A stretch of 64,000 nucleotides of DNA, taken from NCBI GenBank assembly GCA_030826915.1, contig JAUUDE010000059.1, forward strand, positions 357 through 64,356, written 5' to 3'. A program made the position numbers and the translations under genes. Positions 43,451 to 54,485 of this stretch are shown in pieces. Below the pieces are notes generated by a model. The model ran no database searches. It saw only the letters and a list, made by a program, of their open reading frames with translations, and was not told the DNA's origin. Source of the DNA: Thiomicrospira sp. (GTDB taxonomy: Bacteria > Pseudomonadota > Gammaproteobacteria > Thiomicrospirales > Thiomicrospiraceae). Numbering within the stretch: position 1 is the first letter of the stretch; the number at the start of each line of letters is the position of its first letter.

Positions 43451-43930
43451 ATGACAGAGCAAGTATTAACGCATTTAGACGAAAAGGGCCAAGCTCGTAT
43501 GGTCGATGTGAGTGAAAAAGCCCACACCGAGCGTTCAGCAACGGCAACAGCCACTATTTTTATGCAACCTGATACATTAAAAATGATTGTAGAAGGCAAA
43601 CATAAAAAAGGCGATGTTATGGCAACCGCTCGCATCGCGGGGATTATGGCGGCAAAACGTACACCGGATTTGATTCCAATGTGCCATCCTTTAATGATTA
43701 CCTCTGTTAAAGTCGAGCTAACACCCAACTTAGAAAACAGTAGTGTGGTGATTGAAGCAACTTGTAAAACAGTGGGTCAGACTGGAATTGAGATTGAAGC
43801 CTTAACTGCCGCATCTACAGCCGCATTGACTCTATACGATATGTGTAAAGCTGTGGATAGAGGGATGGTCATAGACCAAGTGAAACTACTGGAAAAAATA
43901 GGTGGTAAGTCAGGGCACTGGCAGCGTTAA
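43451..43930 (+). CDS. moaC: Cyclic pyranopterin monophosphate synthase
   Basis: LTHLD...[35 protein letters not shown]. Confidence 0.96.
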   Translation: MTEQVLTHLDEKGQARMVDVSEKAHTERSATATATIFMQPDTLKMIVEGKHKKGDVMATARIAGIMAAKRTPDLIPMCHPLMITSVKVELTPNLENSSVVIEATCKTVGQTGIEIEALTAASTAALTLYDMCKAVDRGMVIDQVKLLEKIGGKSGHWQR

Positions 43931-43935
43931 GTAAA

Positions 43936-44268
43936 TTGAATGATTCAATAGAAAGTGAAGATAAACAGAATAATCCCAACCCGCAAGGTGAGAATGACAT
44001 CTTGAAAGGGGATAACCAGGCCTGGTATGTTTATTTATTGCGGTGTGCAGACAATACTCTTTATTGCGGTATAACAACCAATCTTAATAAACGTCTTCGT
44101 CAACATAACGGTGAGTTGGTTGGTGGCGCCAAATACACTAAAGTGCGTCAGCCGTGTGAATTGGTCTATTCAGAAAAAGCAGAAAACCGTAGCCAGGCCT
44201 CAAAGCGTGAATGTACCATTAAAAAAATGTCCAAACAAGCTAAAGAGCAATTGATTCAGTTGAGTTAA
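43936..44268 (+). CDS. GIY-YIG nuclease family protein (UPF0213/YhbQ-like)
   Basis: WYVYLLRCADNTLYCGIT...RLRQHN...GAKYT...ASKRE. Confidence 0.88.
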   Translation: MNDSIESEDKQNNPNPQGENDILKGDNQAWYVYLLRCADNTLYCGITTNLNKRLRQHNGELVGGAKYTKVRQPCELVYSEKAENRSQASKRECTIKKMSKQAKEQLIQLS

Positions 44269-44315
44269 TTTAGCTTTTTAGCGCTTTTAGACGCATAGTC
44301 ACAAATTCGATATAC

Positions 44316-44344
44316 AAAAAAACCGCTTTAATCAGCGGTTTTTT
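44316..44344. terminator. Bidirectional terminator at the deaD end
   Basis: AAAAAAACCGCT-TTAATC-AGCGGTTTTTT. Confidence 0.88.
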
Positions 44345-44370
44345 CATAACTCTTTCTAGGTTTTTAAAGA

Positions 44371-46134
44371 TTAACTACGTGGACGACGTGGCTTACCTTT
44401 ATCTTTACCAGAGAAAGACTTGTTGCGAGAAAGGCGTTTACGCGGTTCAGCTGCCCCACCTTTGATTTCACGGATTTTAAGCTGTTGACCACATACCCAT
44501 GCTTTGCTTAGGTCATCTTTAGCGCCTTTAGGCATATCAGATGGTAAGTCAACGGTACTGAATGTATCTTCAATATTTAATTGGCGAATGAATTCGCTAT
44601 CTAGGCCTGCTTCGTTGGCAATACAGCCCACGATATTACCAGGGCGAACACCATGTTGATTACCTACTTCAATACGGAAACGCGACATACCTTCATCAGG
44701 TGTTGCTGAAATTTGACGACGTTTTCTTTCTCGTCCACCACGTTCTCCACGATTACCTCTGTCACGACCACGGCCATCACCAGAGTTGCGTTCAGCACGA
44801 GGTTCACGTACAGGCTTGTCAGACATAAAGAACGGAATATCGCCTTGTAGCAGACGTGCTAAACCTGCCGCAATTTCAATAGCAGGCATGTTCTGTTCAG
44901 TGACGATTTGTTCAAGCATCTCTTGATAGAAAGCGGTGTCTTCAAGCTGAGCGGCTTCAATAATTCGTGTCTTGAATTTTTCAACACGGCTATCATTGAT
45001 GTCTTGCGTAGACGGCAAGTGCATTTCAGGAATCTTACTTTTTGTTGTTCTTTCGATAGAGCTTAAAAGACGACGCTCACGTGGTGTAACGAAAAGTACA
45101 GCAGTACCAGAACGACCAGCACGGCCAGTACGACCGATACGGTGAACATAAGATTCGTTATCTTGAGGAATATCGTAGTTAAATACATGACTAATACGTG
45201 GAACATCTAAGCCACGTGCGACCACATCGGTTGCGACCAAAATATCTAACTTACCTTTTTTAAGTTGGTCAACGATACGCTCACGCTGGTTCTGTGCAAT
45301 ATCACCATTAAGTGCCGCTGCTGCATAGCCACGTGCTTCTAATCGTTCTGCTAAATCAACGGTCGCTGTTTTAGTACGCACAAAGATGATTGACGCATCT
45401 AGATTGTCTTCGGCTTCTAGAATACGTGTTAACGCATCAAGCTTGTGTCCACCGCTCACTAATAGGTATTTTTGTTCGATAGTGGTTGCCGTAGCGGTCT
45501 TTTGCTTAATAATGACTTCAGTTGGATTATTTAGGTAGTTTTTGGCAATACGGTGCACTTCTTTAGGCATGGTTGCTGAAAATAAAGCGATTTGACGGCT
45601 GTCAGGTGTTTGCTGAAGAATCCATTCCACATCATCAATGAATCCCATACGTAGCATTTCATCCGCTTCATCCAAAACCAATAACTTAAGGTTATCGAGT
45701 TTTAATGTTCCCTTACGAATATGATCCATAACACGGCCAGGTGTACCAACCACAACGTGAACACCACGCTTTAAGGCACGAATCTGAGTACCGTAGTCAG
45801 AGCCACCGTATATAGGTAGAACATGGAAACCTTTCATATGGTGTGCAAAGCTTTGAAATGCTTCTGCAACCTGTATCGCCAACTCACGGGTTGGTGCTAA
45901 TACCAGTATTTGAGGGTCTTTTTGTTTAATATCAGCTTGTGATAAAGCAGGCAAAGCGAACGCCGCAGTTTTACCTGTACCAGTTTGTGCCATACCTAAA
46001 ATGTCATTACCTGTCATTAACGCAGGAATGGCCTGAGCCTGGATTGGAGATGGCGTTTCATAACCAATATTGGTAATGGCTTTTAGAACTTCTGGTTTTA
46101 AATTTAAATCTTTGAATGTTACATCAACAGTCAT
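44371..46134 (-). CDS. deaD: Cold-shock DEAD-box RNA helicase with DbpA-type RNA-binding domain
   Basis: AQTGTGKT, PTRELA, DEADEML, SAT, HRIGRTGRAG, FRIEVG...PGNIVG. Confidence 0.95.
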   Translation of the reverse strand: MTVDVTFKDLNLKPEVLKAITNIGYETPSPIQAQAIPALMTGNDILGMAQTGTGKTAAFALPALSQADIKQKDPQILVLAPTRELAIQVAEAFQSFAHHMKGFHVLPIYGGSDYGTQIRALKRGVHVVVGTPGRVMDHIRKGTLKLDNLKLLVLDEADEMLRMGFIDDVEWILQQTPDSRQIALFSATMPKEVHRIAKNYLNNPTEVIIKQKTATATTIEQKYLLVSGGHKLDALTRILEAEDNLDASIIFVRTKTATVDLAERLEARGYAAAALNGDIAQNQRERIVDQLKKGKLDILVATDVVARGLDVPRISHVFNYDIPQDNESYVHRIGRTGRAGRSGTAVLFVTPRERRLLSSIERTTKSKIPEMHLPSTQDINDSRVEKFKTRIIEAAQLEDTAFYQEMLEQIVTEQNMPAIEIAAGLARLLQGDIPFFMSDKPVREPRAERNSGDGRGRDRGNRGERGGRERKRRQISATPDEGMSRFRIEVGNQHGVRPGNIVGCIANEAGLDSEFIRQLNIEDTFSTVDLPSDMPKGAKDDLSKAWVCGQQLKIREIKGGAAEPRKRLSRNKSFSGKDKGKPRRPRS

Positions 46135-46470
46135 TTAGGGGTCCTTTTCTCATTTGAGAATCGAGTGCCCTTGAATATAAAGCGTCTTTACTACTGAATA
46201 AAAAACCAAAGACAGAACGACAGCTTCTTACCAAAGTAAGACTGTGATTGTTGGCTCAAATTAAGTTTTAACGTAAGAGTTGAGTCGTATTCTGGGGCAA
46301 ATTGCATCTAGTAGAGCTGTTTGCATCAGAATAAACGGATCGCTTGAAGTTATGATAAGCGTAGGCAAATGGCTCTTTGAAGCATGATTTTTTCTTGCTT
46401 ATTATATTTTTTAATAAGCTCAAATCATTGCGAGTGCGCGGATTTTACTAAAAACCTAATAATATTGCAA
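46135..46470 (-). promoter_or_regulatory. sigma70 promoter and about 300-nt structured 5' leader of deaD
   Basis: Minus-strand TTGCAA (46470-46465) -N17- TAAAAT (46447-46442), GC-rich discriminator CCGCGC, several hairpins downstream. Confidence 0.6.
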
Positions 46471-46786
46471 ACTTACCTTATCTTTATTCAAAAGTTTGGG
46501 TAGTAATAATGTTTGTTTTCTCTGTTAAAACTGTGATAAGCATTAATAATTTTTATGAATTTGTAATCTGAAGACAGTGGTAAGTTTTATTGAAAAATCA
46601 CGACGAGAGCAATAAGAAAGCAAATTACAATGCAAAGACTTAGGGTAAAAAGGTAATAATAAACTTCCGCTGTATGTGTCAGATTAAATTAAGAGCATAT
46701 TGAATAAGGTCAGACAAAAATGGCTTAATATTGACGAAGTTGCCTATAAGGTTTTTACAAACATGTTTAAGTAAATCAAATGAAAT

Positions 46787-48936
46787 TTACGCTAATTCTA
46801 ATTGCTTCTCAGAAGGGTTTCTCAAAAAAATTTTTTCAAATTCACTCGCATGGCAAGGTTTACTGTAGTAATAGCCTTGAATTAAGATGTCAGAAAAGCG
46901 CTTATGTAAAAACTCAATTTGTTCTTTGCTTTCTACACCTTCAGCTACGATAGCTAGTTTTTTGGTGTTTGCTAAATGCAGGATTGACTCAACAATTGCA
47001 ACATTTTCTTTACTTTCCGGTACTCTAGCAATAAAGCTTTTATCAATTTTCAATTCATGGATAGGCAGTCTCTGAAAATAACTTAAAGATGAATAACCCG
47101 TTCCAAAGTCGTCAATGGATACCTTAAACCCAAGCTCAACTAAACGTGCAATTTTTTCAATCGCACTTTCCGTATCAGAGATTAAAATTCCCTCAGTAAG
47201 TTCTAAAGTGATATTTTTAGCATCTGTTTTAGTTTCGCTCAAAATCGCAATGACGTTATCAATAAAATCCGCTTCATGGAATTGTATTGGGCTGATATTG
47301 ATGGATAAGTTGAAATCTTTGCTGTTTTTTGCCCACTTTTTTGCTTGCATAAAGGCATGGTACATAATCCAAGCGCCAAGTTTGAGTATCTGGCGACTCT
47401 CTTCTGCAATACTTATAAATTTATCAGGTGGAATAAATCCAAGCTTAGGGTGAATCCATCTTACTAGTGTTTCAGCGCCATACAATGTGTTTTCTGAACC
47501 CATTTGCGCTTGGTAAAAGAGGTGAATTTCTCCCTTTTTATGGGCATCATTAAGCTCATGCTCAAGCTGACGCAAGCTTTTCATTTCTTCAGTCAAGATA
47601 GATTCATAGAAATGAATTTTATGTCTCTTTTTGAGCTCTTTCGCTTTACTTACAGCGAGATCAGCGTTGATTAGTAGGGTTTCAGCTGTGTCTTCTTGTG
47701 AGCTTGGAAAGACAATCAAGCCTATTCGGGCTGAACTATGTAGTTTCAGATCGTCAACAATAAACTGGTGGTTTAAAGCGTTGGATATTTTGAGTGCGAG
47801 TTTATTTGCATTACGAGTGGCAATTTCTAAGTTTGTTTCACTGTCTTGTGTGGCTACTACAAATTCATCACCACCAATACGAGCAATATTGTCTTCATCG
47901 CGTAAAATCTTTTGTAAAACTTCAGCGATTTTTTTGAGAAAGCGGTCTCCTGTTTTTCGGCCAAAGGCATCATTAATGCTTTTAAATCGATCGATATTGA
48001 TATAAAGCAACGAGCTGAAGGTGTTATGACGGTGATGGTGTTTTATAGTGGTGTTGATATATTCAATTGCAAGTTGTCTATTTGCCAGCCCCGTTAGACT
48101 ATCATAGAAAGCCATGCGCTCTATTCTTTGATGGGCTTCCTTTATATCCGTGATATTTTGTAGATTTACAATGTAGTGTTCAATGTTGTACTCAGTATCT
48201 GCAACCATTGAAATACTTAAAATAGCATAAAAGGTTATTGTATTGTCAGGATGAATTTCAACCTCACCACTCCAGTATTTCTCTTTTAATAAAGTTTTTA
48301 ATAACCCCATGCTGTCATTTTTAAGATTTACTTGTTGTTCTAACCAAGCCATCAGAGTCATTTTTTTTTAGGACTCTTTAGTTAAGCCCGACATGGCTAT
48401 AAAACTGTCATTGGGTTTAATGATGTAGCCTTTTTCATTGGCAATAAATTGGCCGTTATAGCTGTTAAATGCGGCATCTACCAAGCGTTTTTGCTCATCA
48501 ACTAAAGTATGCATGCTGCGATCATAGATGACCAAAACCACATTTTTGATTTGATTGTTGTTATTGAACATTGCCTTGGCACTAAATAGCAAAGGTATGC
48601 TTTTTAGAGTGTTTGGATCGCTGTACCAAATAAGAATTTCGGTTGGTTCATGGCTAGGAGATTCCATGATGTATTGCAGCCATTGGTCTAGTTTAAAGGC
48701 AATGGTGTTTTTTTTATTTTTAAACAGTGAAAGGGGGGTGTCTAGAGGCAGAAAGTGTTCATCAATTGGTAGTAAGGTTTTTGCCTGAGTATTGATGTTT
48801 TGAATGCTTAAGTCGGTTTTAAAGACAATAATGGCATCATGAATAGTATCAAAAATATCTTTTTAGTTTGCCGTTCTTCTGTTAACCGTTGAACGGTTTC
48901 TTCAAGTTCGGTTAATTGTTGGTCTATGTCCGCCAA
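46787..48936 (-). pseudogene. PAS-PAS-GGDEF-EAL protein interrupted by a frameshift (T5 run near 48860) and an in-frame TAA (48368-48370)
   Basis: TTG start at 48936 with AGGA RBS; PAS-like pieces; RIGGDEF, ETLVRW, DDFGTGYSSL, AEGVE, QGYYYSKP. Confidence 0.82.
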
Positions 48937-49032
48937 GAGTGATATTTCCTATCTTTAAATTAGTAAATTTGTAGATTTTAGCTTATCTAATGAAAGCTTA
49001 AAACCCATTATTTGTGCGTAATTTAAACATAA

Positions 49033-50406
49033 TTAATTACTGTAAACGATATTAGGTAACCAAGTAACAATTTCTGGCCAGATGGCTAAAACCACTAACA
49101 TACTTAATTGTATGAGAATAAAAGGAATTGTACCTTTGTAAATTTGGGTAGTTTTTAATTTAGGTGGGGCAACGCCACGCAAATAAAAAAGTGCAAAACC
49201 AAAAGGAGGGGTTAAAAAAGCGGTCTGTAAATTTATGGCAATCATAATTCCAAGCCAAATCGGGTCTACCCCCATCATTAACAAGATAGGGGCAACAACA
49301 GGAACAACCACATAAGTGATTTCAATAAAGTCTAAAAAGAAGCCTAAAATAAACATTAATGCCATAACAATCAGCATGGCGGTAAATACGCCGCCTGGTA
49401 AATCTGTCAACAGGTCAGTAATTAAATCATCGCCACCTAACCCCCTAAATACCAATGAGAAGAATGCGGCACCGATAAAGATTAGAAAAATCATACTGGT
49501 GACCTGCAAGGTGTTTTGCATGACAGATTTCAGTGTTTGTAAACTCAATTTACGATTAGCTATTGCAAGAATCAGTGCGCCAAAAGCACCTAGAGAAGCT
49601 GCTTCAGTCGGTGTAGCATACCCGCCTAAAATAGAACCTAATACAACTAAAATTAGCATTAACGGTGGTAACAAGCTTTTAACAACACGAATCATCAGGC
49701 CTGGTGCAACAGGTTCACCTTGGTGATTTGGAATTTTATCGGGCTGAGTGAAAGCTTTAAAAACGATATACCCCATGTAAGCAACAACCAAAAGCAGGCC
49801 TGGTAACAAAGCACCAATAAATAAATCGCCTACTGAGAGTGTTTCAGGTGAAAAAATACCCTGGTTAAGTTGTGCCTGTTGATAGGAAGAAGAGAGCACA
49901 TCTCCAAGTAGAATCAGCACAATTGATGGTGGAATGATTTGCCCTAAAGTACCTGATGCACAAATGGTTCCGCTGGCTACTTTTGGACAATACCCCTGTT
50001 TTAGCATGGTTGGCAAGGCAAGTAACCCCATGGTCACAACGGTGGCACCCACAATCCCTGTACTGGCAGCTAATAATGCGCCAACAATAATCACCGCAAT
50101 CCCTAAACCGCCCTTCACACCACGCATGACCTCCTCCATAGTTTGAAGAAGCCTTTCGGCAATTTTTGATTGCTCAAGCATTATGCCCATAAAGACAAAT
50201 AGCGGTACAGCAATTAAGGTTTCGTTGGACATAATGCCAAAGATTCGATTAGGAATGCTTTGTAAAAATGCCATGTCGAAAGCACCAAAAAGATTAGCGA
50301 CTAAAGCAAACAGAAGCGAGACACCTGCCAAGGTAAAGGCAACCGGGAAACCAGTTAACAGAGCAATAAAAACCAGTGCGAACAGAACTAAGGCTAACCA
50401 TTCCAT
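49033..50406 (-). CDS. TRAP transporter large permease (DctM family)
   Basis: About 12 TMs, AVPLFVFMG, GTLGQIIPPS, ATPTEAA, LTPPFG. Confidence 0.93.
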   Translation of the reverse strand: MEWLALVLFALVFIALLTGFPVAFTLAGVSLLFALVANLFGAFDMAFLQSIPNRIFGIMSNETLIAVPLFVFMGIMLEQSKIAERLLQTMEEVMRGVKGGLGIAVIIVGALLAASTGIVGATVVTMGLLALPTMLKQGYCPKVASGTICASGTLGQIIPPSIVLILLGDVLSSSYQQAQLNQGIFSPETLSVGDLFIGALLPGLLLVVAYMGYIVFKAFTQPDKIPNHQGEPVAPGLMIRVVKSLLPPLMLILVVLGSILGGYATPTEAASLGAFGALILAIANRKLSLQTLKSVMQNTLQVTSMIFLIFIGAAFFSLVFRGLGGDDLITDLLTDLPGGVFTAMLIVMALMFILGFFLDFIEITYVVVPVVAPILLMMGVDPIWLGIMIAINLQTAFLTPPFGFALFYLRGVAPPKLKTTQIYKGTIPFILIQLSMLVVLAIWPEIVTWLPNIVYSN

Positions 50407-50987
50407 TACAGCTTGCCCTCCGTTTTAATATTGGTATCTATGTCAGATTCAATAATAGGTTTAGGTTCAATGAAGAGGGTTAAAGCAGACTGTATTAAAA
50501 CAGACAAAGCTTGCAAGCTGACCAGGCCTGCCATAATGACAATCAGAGTTTTCAGCATATATAAATAAGCCAGCCCACCTGCTTCGGCAGAGGCTTCTTT
50601 GATTTGCCAGCTGGTAGCAACATATTCCCAACCAGACCAAATAATAAACGCCATAACTGGTAGCGCAAAAATCAGTGTACCCAAAAAGTTAACCCAGGCT
50701 TTTTGATTGTCATTCAGTTGAGTATAGAAAACATCCACCCTGATATGTTTGTCTTGTTCATAGGTATAAGCGATGCCCAACATAAAAATAATAGCATGGT
50801 TATACATAATGCTCTCTTGCAGGGCGATAGAACCCATATTAAAACCATAGCGGAGAATCACCACCAAGGCGGTAATAAGCACCAAGGACAAACTCCCCCA
50901 AGCGACCCATTGACCGAACTGTTTTTGAAAGTGATTTTGCTGACGAACAAATGTTGTAAGAAATTGTGAAAAAGCGGATGACTGCAT
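50406..50987 (-). CDS. TRAP transporter small permease (DctQ family)
   Basis: 4 TMs, VVILRY, HIRVDVFY; coupled to the dctM-like gene. Confidence 0.9.
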   Translation of the reverse strand: MQSSAFSQFLTTFVRQQNHFQKQFGQWVAWGSLSLVLITALVVILRYGFNMGSIALQESIMYNHAIIFMLGIAYTYEQDKHIRVDVFYTQLNDNQKAWVNFLGTLIFALPVMAFIIWSGWEYVATSWQIKEASAEAGGLAYLYMLKTLIVIMAGLVSLQALSVLIQSALTLFIEPKPIIESDIDTNIKTEGKL

Positions 50988-51169
50988 GTATATGAATTTC
51001 GTATAAAAATAATGCCTATTTTAACGGCTTTGCGATTTGATTGGGTAATTTCTATTTTTAGCACATATTTCAGTTATGCAAAATCAGAAAAGATGTTCTT
51101 TTAGAAATAAATTGTTTTCGCCTAGAAGAAATGATTAACGGTAAAATGAGCTGTTAGATAATCCTTAAT

Positions 51170-51328
51170 GAGGGCTTTGCACGAGAGGGGCGCAAAAGAA
51201 AAATATGGAAAAATTTGTCTGATTGAGGCGAAAAATGCAGCTAATAGCCAGCTATTATCAAAGTTTTGAACGAAAATCAGGCGAATTTTAACTATTTTTA
51301 TTTATGACTACTCTTGTACAAAGGTCTC
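51170..51328. mobile_element. 159-bp MITE-like element (family C)
   Basis: Imperfect 18-bp TIR GAGGGCTTTGCACGAGAG / CTCTTGTACAAAGGTCTC (14/18), TTAA-like flanks, internal nested hairpin. Confidence 0.7.
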
Positions 51329-51353
51329 TTAAATACTTATTAAAGAGTAAACC

Positions 51354-53657
51354 TTGCAAAACCTTAAAATCGCTAAAGTTGCCGTTGCTGGCCCATTTTT
51401 ATTTCCATTAGACTATCTGCTAGAACCAGAGACAGACCTGTTAACGATTGCTGAAAAAACCGCAGTAATTGGTGGGCGTGTTTGGGTACCTTTTAGAAAT
51501 AAAAAGATTGTCGGTTTGGTGATGGATATTAGCGAATCTGCCGATTATGAGTTATCCAAAATCAAAGCAATCAGTGAAGTGATTGATGTTGCACCGCTTT
51601 TTAATGCAACGCAATTAGGTCTGTTTTCTTGGGCGAGTCATTATTACCATGAGCCGATTGGTGATGTGGTTATGACTGCCTTGCCTAAACGTTTAAGAGC
51701 GGGCGAAGCAGCGGAAATAAATGGCATGCAGTATTGGCAGCTCTCGGAGGAAGGTCAAACTAAAACATTAGAGGATATTTCCAAACGCGCTTTACGCCAA
51801 CGCGCATTGTTTGCTCAGTTTTCAGAGGGTCAATTAAAGTCTGAATCGGATTTAAATGCCGAGCTAGAAAATTGGCGCAGTGCCGCAAAAGTGTTTACCG
51901 AAAAGGGCTGGTTAGAAACAACGAAAGGGCCTTGTTTAAGAGAGTCTGTTTATGCACCTGCGCCAAACCATAAACTCAATGAAGCGCAACAAAGTGCGGT
52001 AGATAGTGTTATCGCTTCTCAAGCATCGCAAGGCCATGATAAAACTCAGTTTAAGGCATTTTTATTAGAAGGGATTACCGGGAGCGGTAAAACCGAAGTC
52101 TATCTTGGTATGATTGAAGCGATGTTAAAACAAGGCAAGCAAGTCTTGGTTTTAGTGCCAGAAATAGGCTTAACTCCACAGATGGTATCTCGTTTTGAAG
52201 CCTATTTGCAAACTCGTGTGGCCGCTCTACATTCTGGGCTAAATGATTCAGAACGACACTGCGCTTGGCACCTTATCCGTACAGGCCAAATACAAGTCTT
52301 ACTTGGCACTCGATCCGCTATTTTTACGCCTTTTAAAAACCTTGGCCTGTGTATTATTGATGAAGAGCACGATCTCTCTTACAAACAGCAGGAAGGGTTT
52401 CGTTATTCAGCTCGTGACTTGATTGTACAGCGTGCCTATCAAGAAAAATTGCCTGTGGTTTTAGGCTCGGCAACGCCAAGTTTAGAAACCCTGCATAATG
52501 GAAAAACAGGCCGATACGAGCATTTGCATTTAAAAGAACGAGCAGGCCTGGCTAAGTTGCCGAGTTTAAAGTTACTTGATATACGTGGTGAAAAAGTACA
52601 AGAAGGTGTTTCAAGACCTTTAAAAACCGCCATGACAACACATCTTGAGGCTGGTGGGCAAGTATTACTGTTTTTAAATCGACGCGGTTTTTCTCCTGTT
52701 TTAATGTGCCATGATTGTGGCTGGCAGGCGACTTGCCCAAGTTGTGATGCCAATATGACTTTTCACATGACTTCGCAGTCTATGCAAAATGAAAACGGCC
52801 AAGTATCAGGCTATTTGCAATGCCATCACTGCGATGAACAGATGGCTAAACCAAGCTGTTGTCCAAGTTGTGAGAGTGAAGAGTTTGTTAATGTGGGTCA
52901 AGGAACAGAACGTTTAGAAGAGACAATTAAGGAATGGTTTCCCGATAAACGCATTTTAAGAATTGACCGTGACACAACCCGTTTAAAAGGCTCTATGGCT
53001 GAATTAACTGGGATTGCTCAGCGTGGTGAAGCAGATATCCTCATTGGCACGCAAATGCTCGCCAAAGGACATCACTTTCCAAATGTCACGCTGGTTGGTT
53101 TACTTGATATTGACCAAGGCCTGTTCAGTGCCGACTATCGAGCAGCAGAAAGAATGGCACAACTTATTTTACAAGTTTCCGGGCGAGCAGGGCGCGCTGA
53201 AAAAGCCGGTGAAGTTTTGATTCAAACCCATCACCCTGAACACCCTTTACTGACAACTTTGATAAAAAAAGGCTATAACGCCTTTGCCGATAAAGCCTTG
53301 CAAGAACGTCAAACTGCTTTATTACCACCATACCAATATCAAATTTTGATTAGAGCGGAAGCGACACAACCGCAAGATGGCATGGCCTTTTTAAACTCGC
53401 TAAAAGCAGGTTTAGAAAGCTACTGGCAGCAGTGGCAAGAGGCTAAGTTGGTTGAGGGTAGAATCGACTTTTGGGGTCCTGTGTCTGCACCTATGTTGAG
53501 AAGACAAGGCCGTTACCGTTATCAGTTAATGTTGCAGTCACAAAATCGAGCCGATTTGCATCGACTATTAACAGAAATGCAACCACATATCTACAGCAGT
53601 CCATTAACCCGTAAAGTACGCTGGAGTATTGATGTAGATCCGCAAGAGATGTACTAA
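51354..53657 (+). CDS. priA: Primosomal protein N' (replication restart helicase)
   Basis: GITGSGKTEVY, LVPEIGLTPQ, DEEHD, SATPS, four CxxC, QVSGRAGR, WSIDVDP. Confidence 0.97.
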   Translation: MQNLKIAKVAVAGPFLFPLDYLLEPETDLLTIAEKTAVIGGRVWVPFRNKKIVGLVMDISESADYELSKIKAISEVIDVAPLFNATQLGLFSWASHYYHEPIGDVVMTALPKRLRAGEAAEINGMQYWQLSEEGQTKTLEDISKRALRQRALFAQFSEGQLKSESDLNAELENWRSAAKVFTEKGWLETTKGPCLRESVYAPAPNHKLNEAQQSAVDSVIASQASQGHDKTQFKAFLLEGITGSGKTEVYLGMIEAMLKQGKQVLVLVPEIGLTPQMVSRFEAYLQTRVAALHSGLNDSERHCAWHLIRTGQIQVLLGTRSAIFTPFKNLGLCIIDEEHDLSYKQQEGFRYSARDLIVQRAYQEKLPVVLGSATPSLETLHNGKTGRYEHLHLKERAGLAKLPSLKLLDIRGEKVQEGVSRPLKTAMTTHLEAGGQVLLFLNRRGFSPVLMCHDCGWQATCPSCDANMTFHMTSQSMQNENGQVSGYLQCHHCDEQMAKPSCCPSCESEEFVNVGQGTERLEETIKEWFPDKRILRIDRDTTRLKGSMAELTGIAQRGEADILIGTQMLAKGHHFPNVTLVGLLDIDQGLFSADYRAAERMAQLILQVSGRAGRAEKAGEVLIQTHHPEHPLLTTLIKKGYNAFADKALQERQTALLPPYQYQILIRAEATQPQDGMAFLNSLKAGLESYWQQWQEAKLVEGRIDFWGPVSAPMLRRQGRYRYQLMLQSQNRADLHRLLTEMQPHIYSSPLTRKVRWSIDVDPQEMY

Positions 53658-53683
53658 TTGATATTCTGTTTAATGTAGAAATT

Positions 53684-54073
53684 TGAACTTAATCTTACAT
53701 TACGCGAAAGTTGAGAAGCCTTTTAATTTAATGACTTCACCCCGATATTTTCTACTAGGCTTCCCCTTACTTTGTTTGCTTGCCCAAAACAAAGTAAGCA
53801 AACAAAGGGCACCCCACTCCATAAATTGGCAAGTTCTAAGCTGTTCACTCACAATCTCGCAACTTGCTGAGCAAGCTCAGCTTCGAACAGTCGAGATTGC
53901 TTAATCGTTCTCTACGCTAAGAACTTTGCATCATTTATTCCAAGGGGAACTTTGGCGTTTACCGAGGCATTTACTCAAACTCAAATATCAATTATGGACT
54001 TATTTTTAAAAAGAAAAATCCAGTAAAGGCTTTTCGTCGTTCTTGTACTTGTATGCTTAAATCAAGTTTTTTA
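53684..54073 (+). repeat. Structured intergenic repeat family A, copy 3
   Basis: Aligns along its length with 23229-23614. Confidence 0.9.
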
Positions 54074-54194
54074 TATATTGAAAAGGCTAAATGACCAGGC
54101 CTGGTCGGTTTTTATAAAGAAAAAATAAAGATAGCTTACTTTTTTAGTAAGCATATTTACTCGTTATTCGTTTATGATAAACAGACTATAAATA

Positions 54195-54456
54195 GTCGAC
54201 TCTGAATAACGAGTTTAAATTATGGCAAAGCCAGCTTTTCCTCAACAAGGCAGAATTTTGAAGTGCTATCTAGATAACATAAGAAATTCTAACACAGTTG
54301 AGGGTAAGCTGGCACAGCCCCTTCGGGTGGGCGTTTAAGCAGGCATGCTCGTTGTTGTGAATCTTGGCAAGGAAACAACCCTTACCTACAATTCATGCCT
54401 AGAGCCTACCTACTTAAACGTCCCACATAATTTTAAAGTAGTTATTCAGAGTCGAC
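54195..54456. mobile_element. 262-bp MITE (family B), copy 2
   Basis: GTCGAC-ended TIRs; 6-bp direct repeat TAAATA at 54189-54194 and 54457-54462. Confidence 0.92.
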
Positions 54457-54485
54457 TAAATAACCTTGTTTTAAAGGAGAGTGTT

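Noticed and set aside
43936-44268. GIY-YIG protein as a homing endonuclease or mobile element
   Set aside because: Small stand-alone UPF0213-type protein with no DNA-binding extension and no intron or repeat context.
51218-51235. Hammerhead-like CTGATTGAG...CGAAA in family C
   Set aside because: Spacing does not fit CUGANGA-stem II-GAAA and no stem II can form.
53683-53904. 73-aa ORF (and 21374-21601) inside repeat family A
   Set aside because: The frame is not preserved in copy 2 (indels near 23320-23330), there is no RBS, and the sequence is dominated by hairpins; treated as non-coding.
54345-54485. N-terminal 47 aa of the SPFH ORF as called in the track
   Set aside because: This is read-through of MITE B sequence; the likely start is GTG 54486 after AAGGAG.
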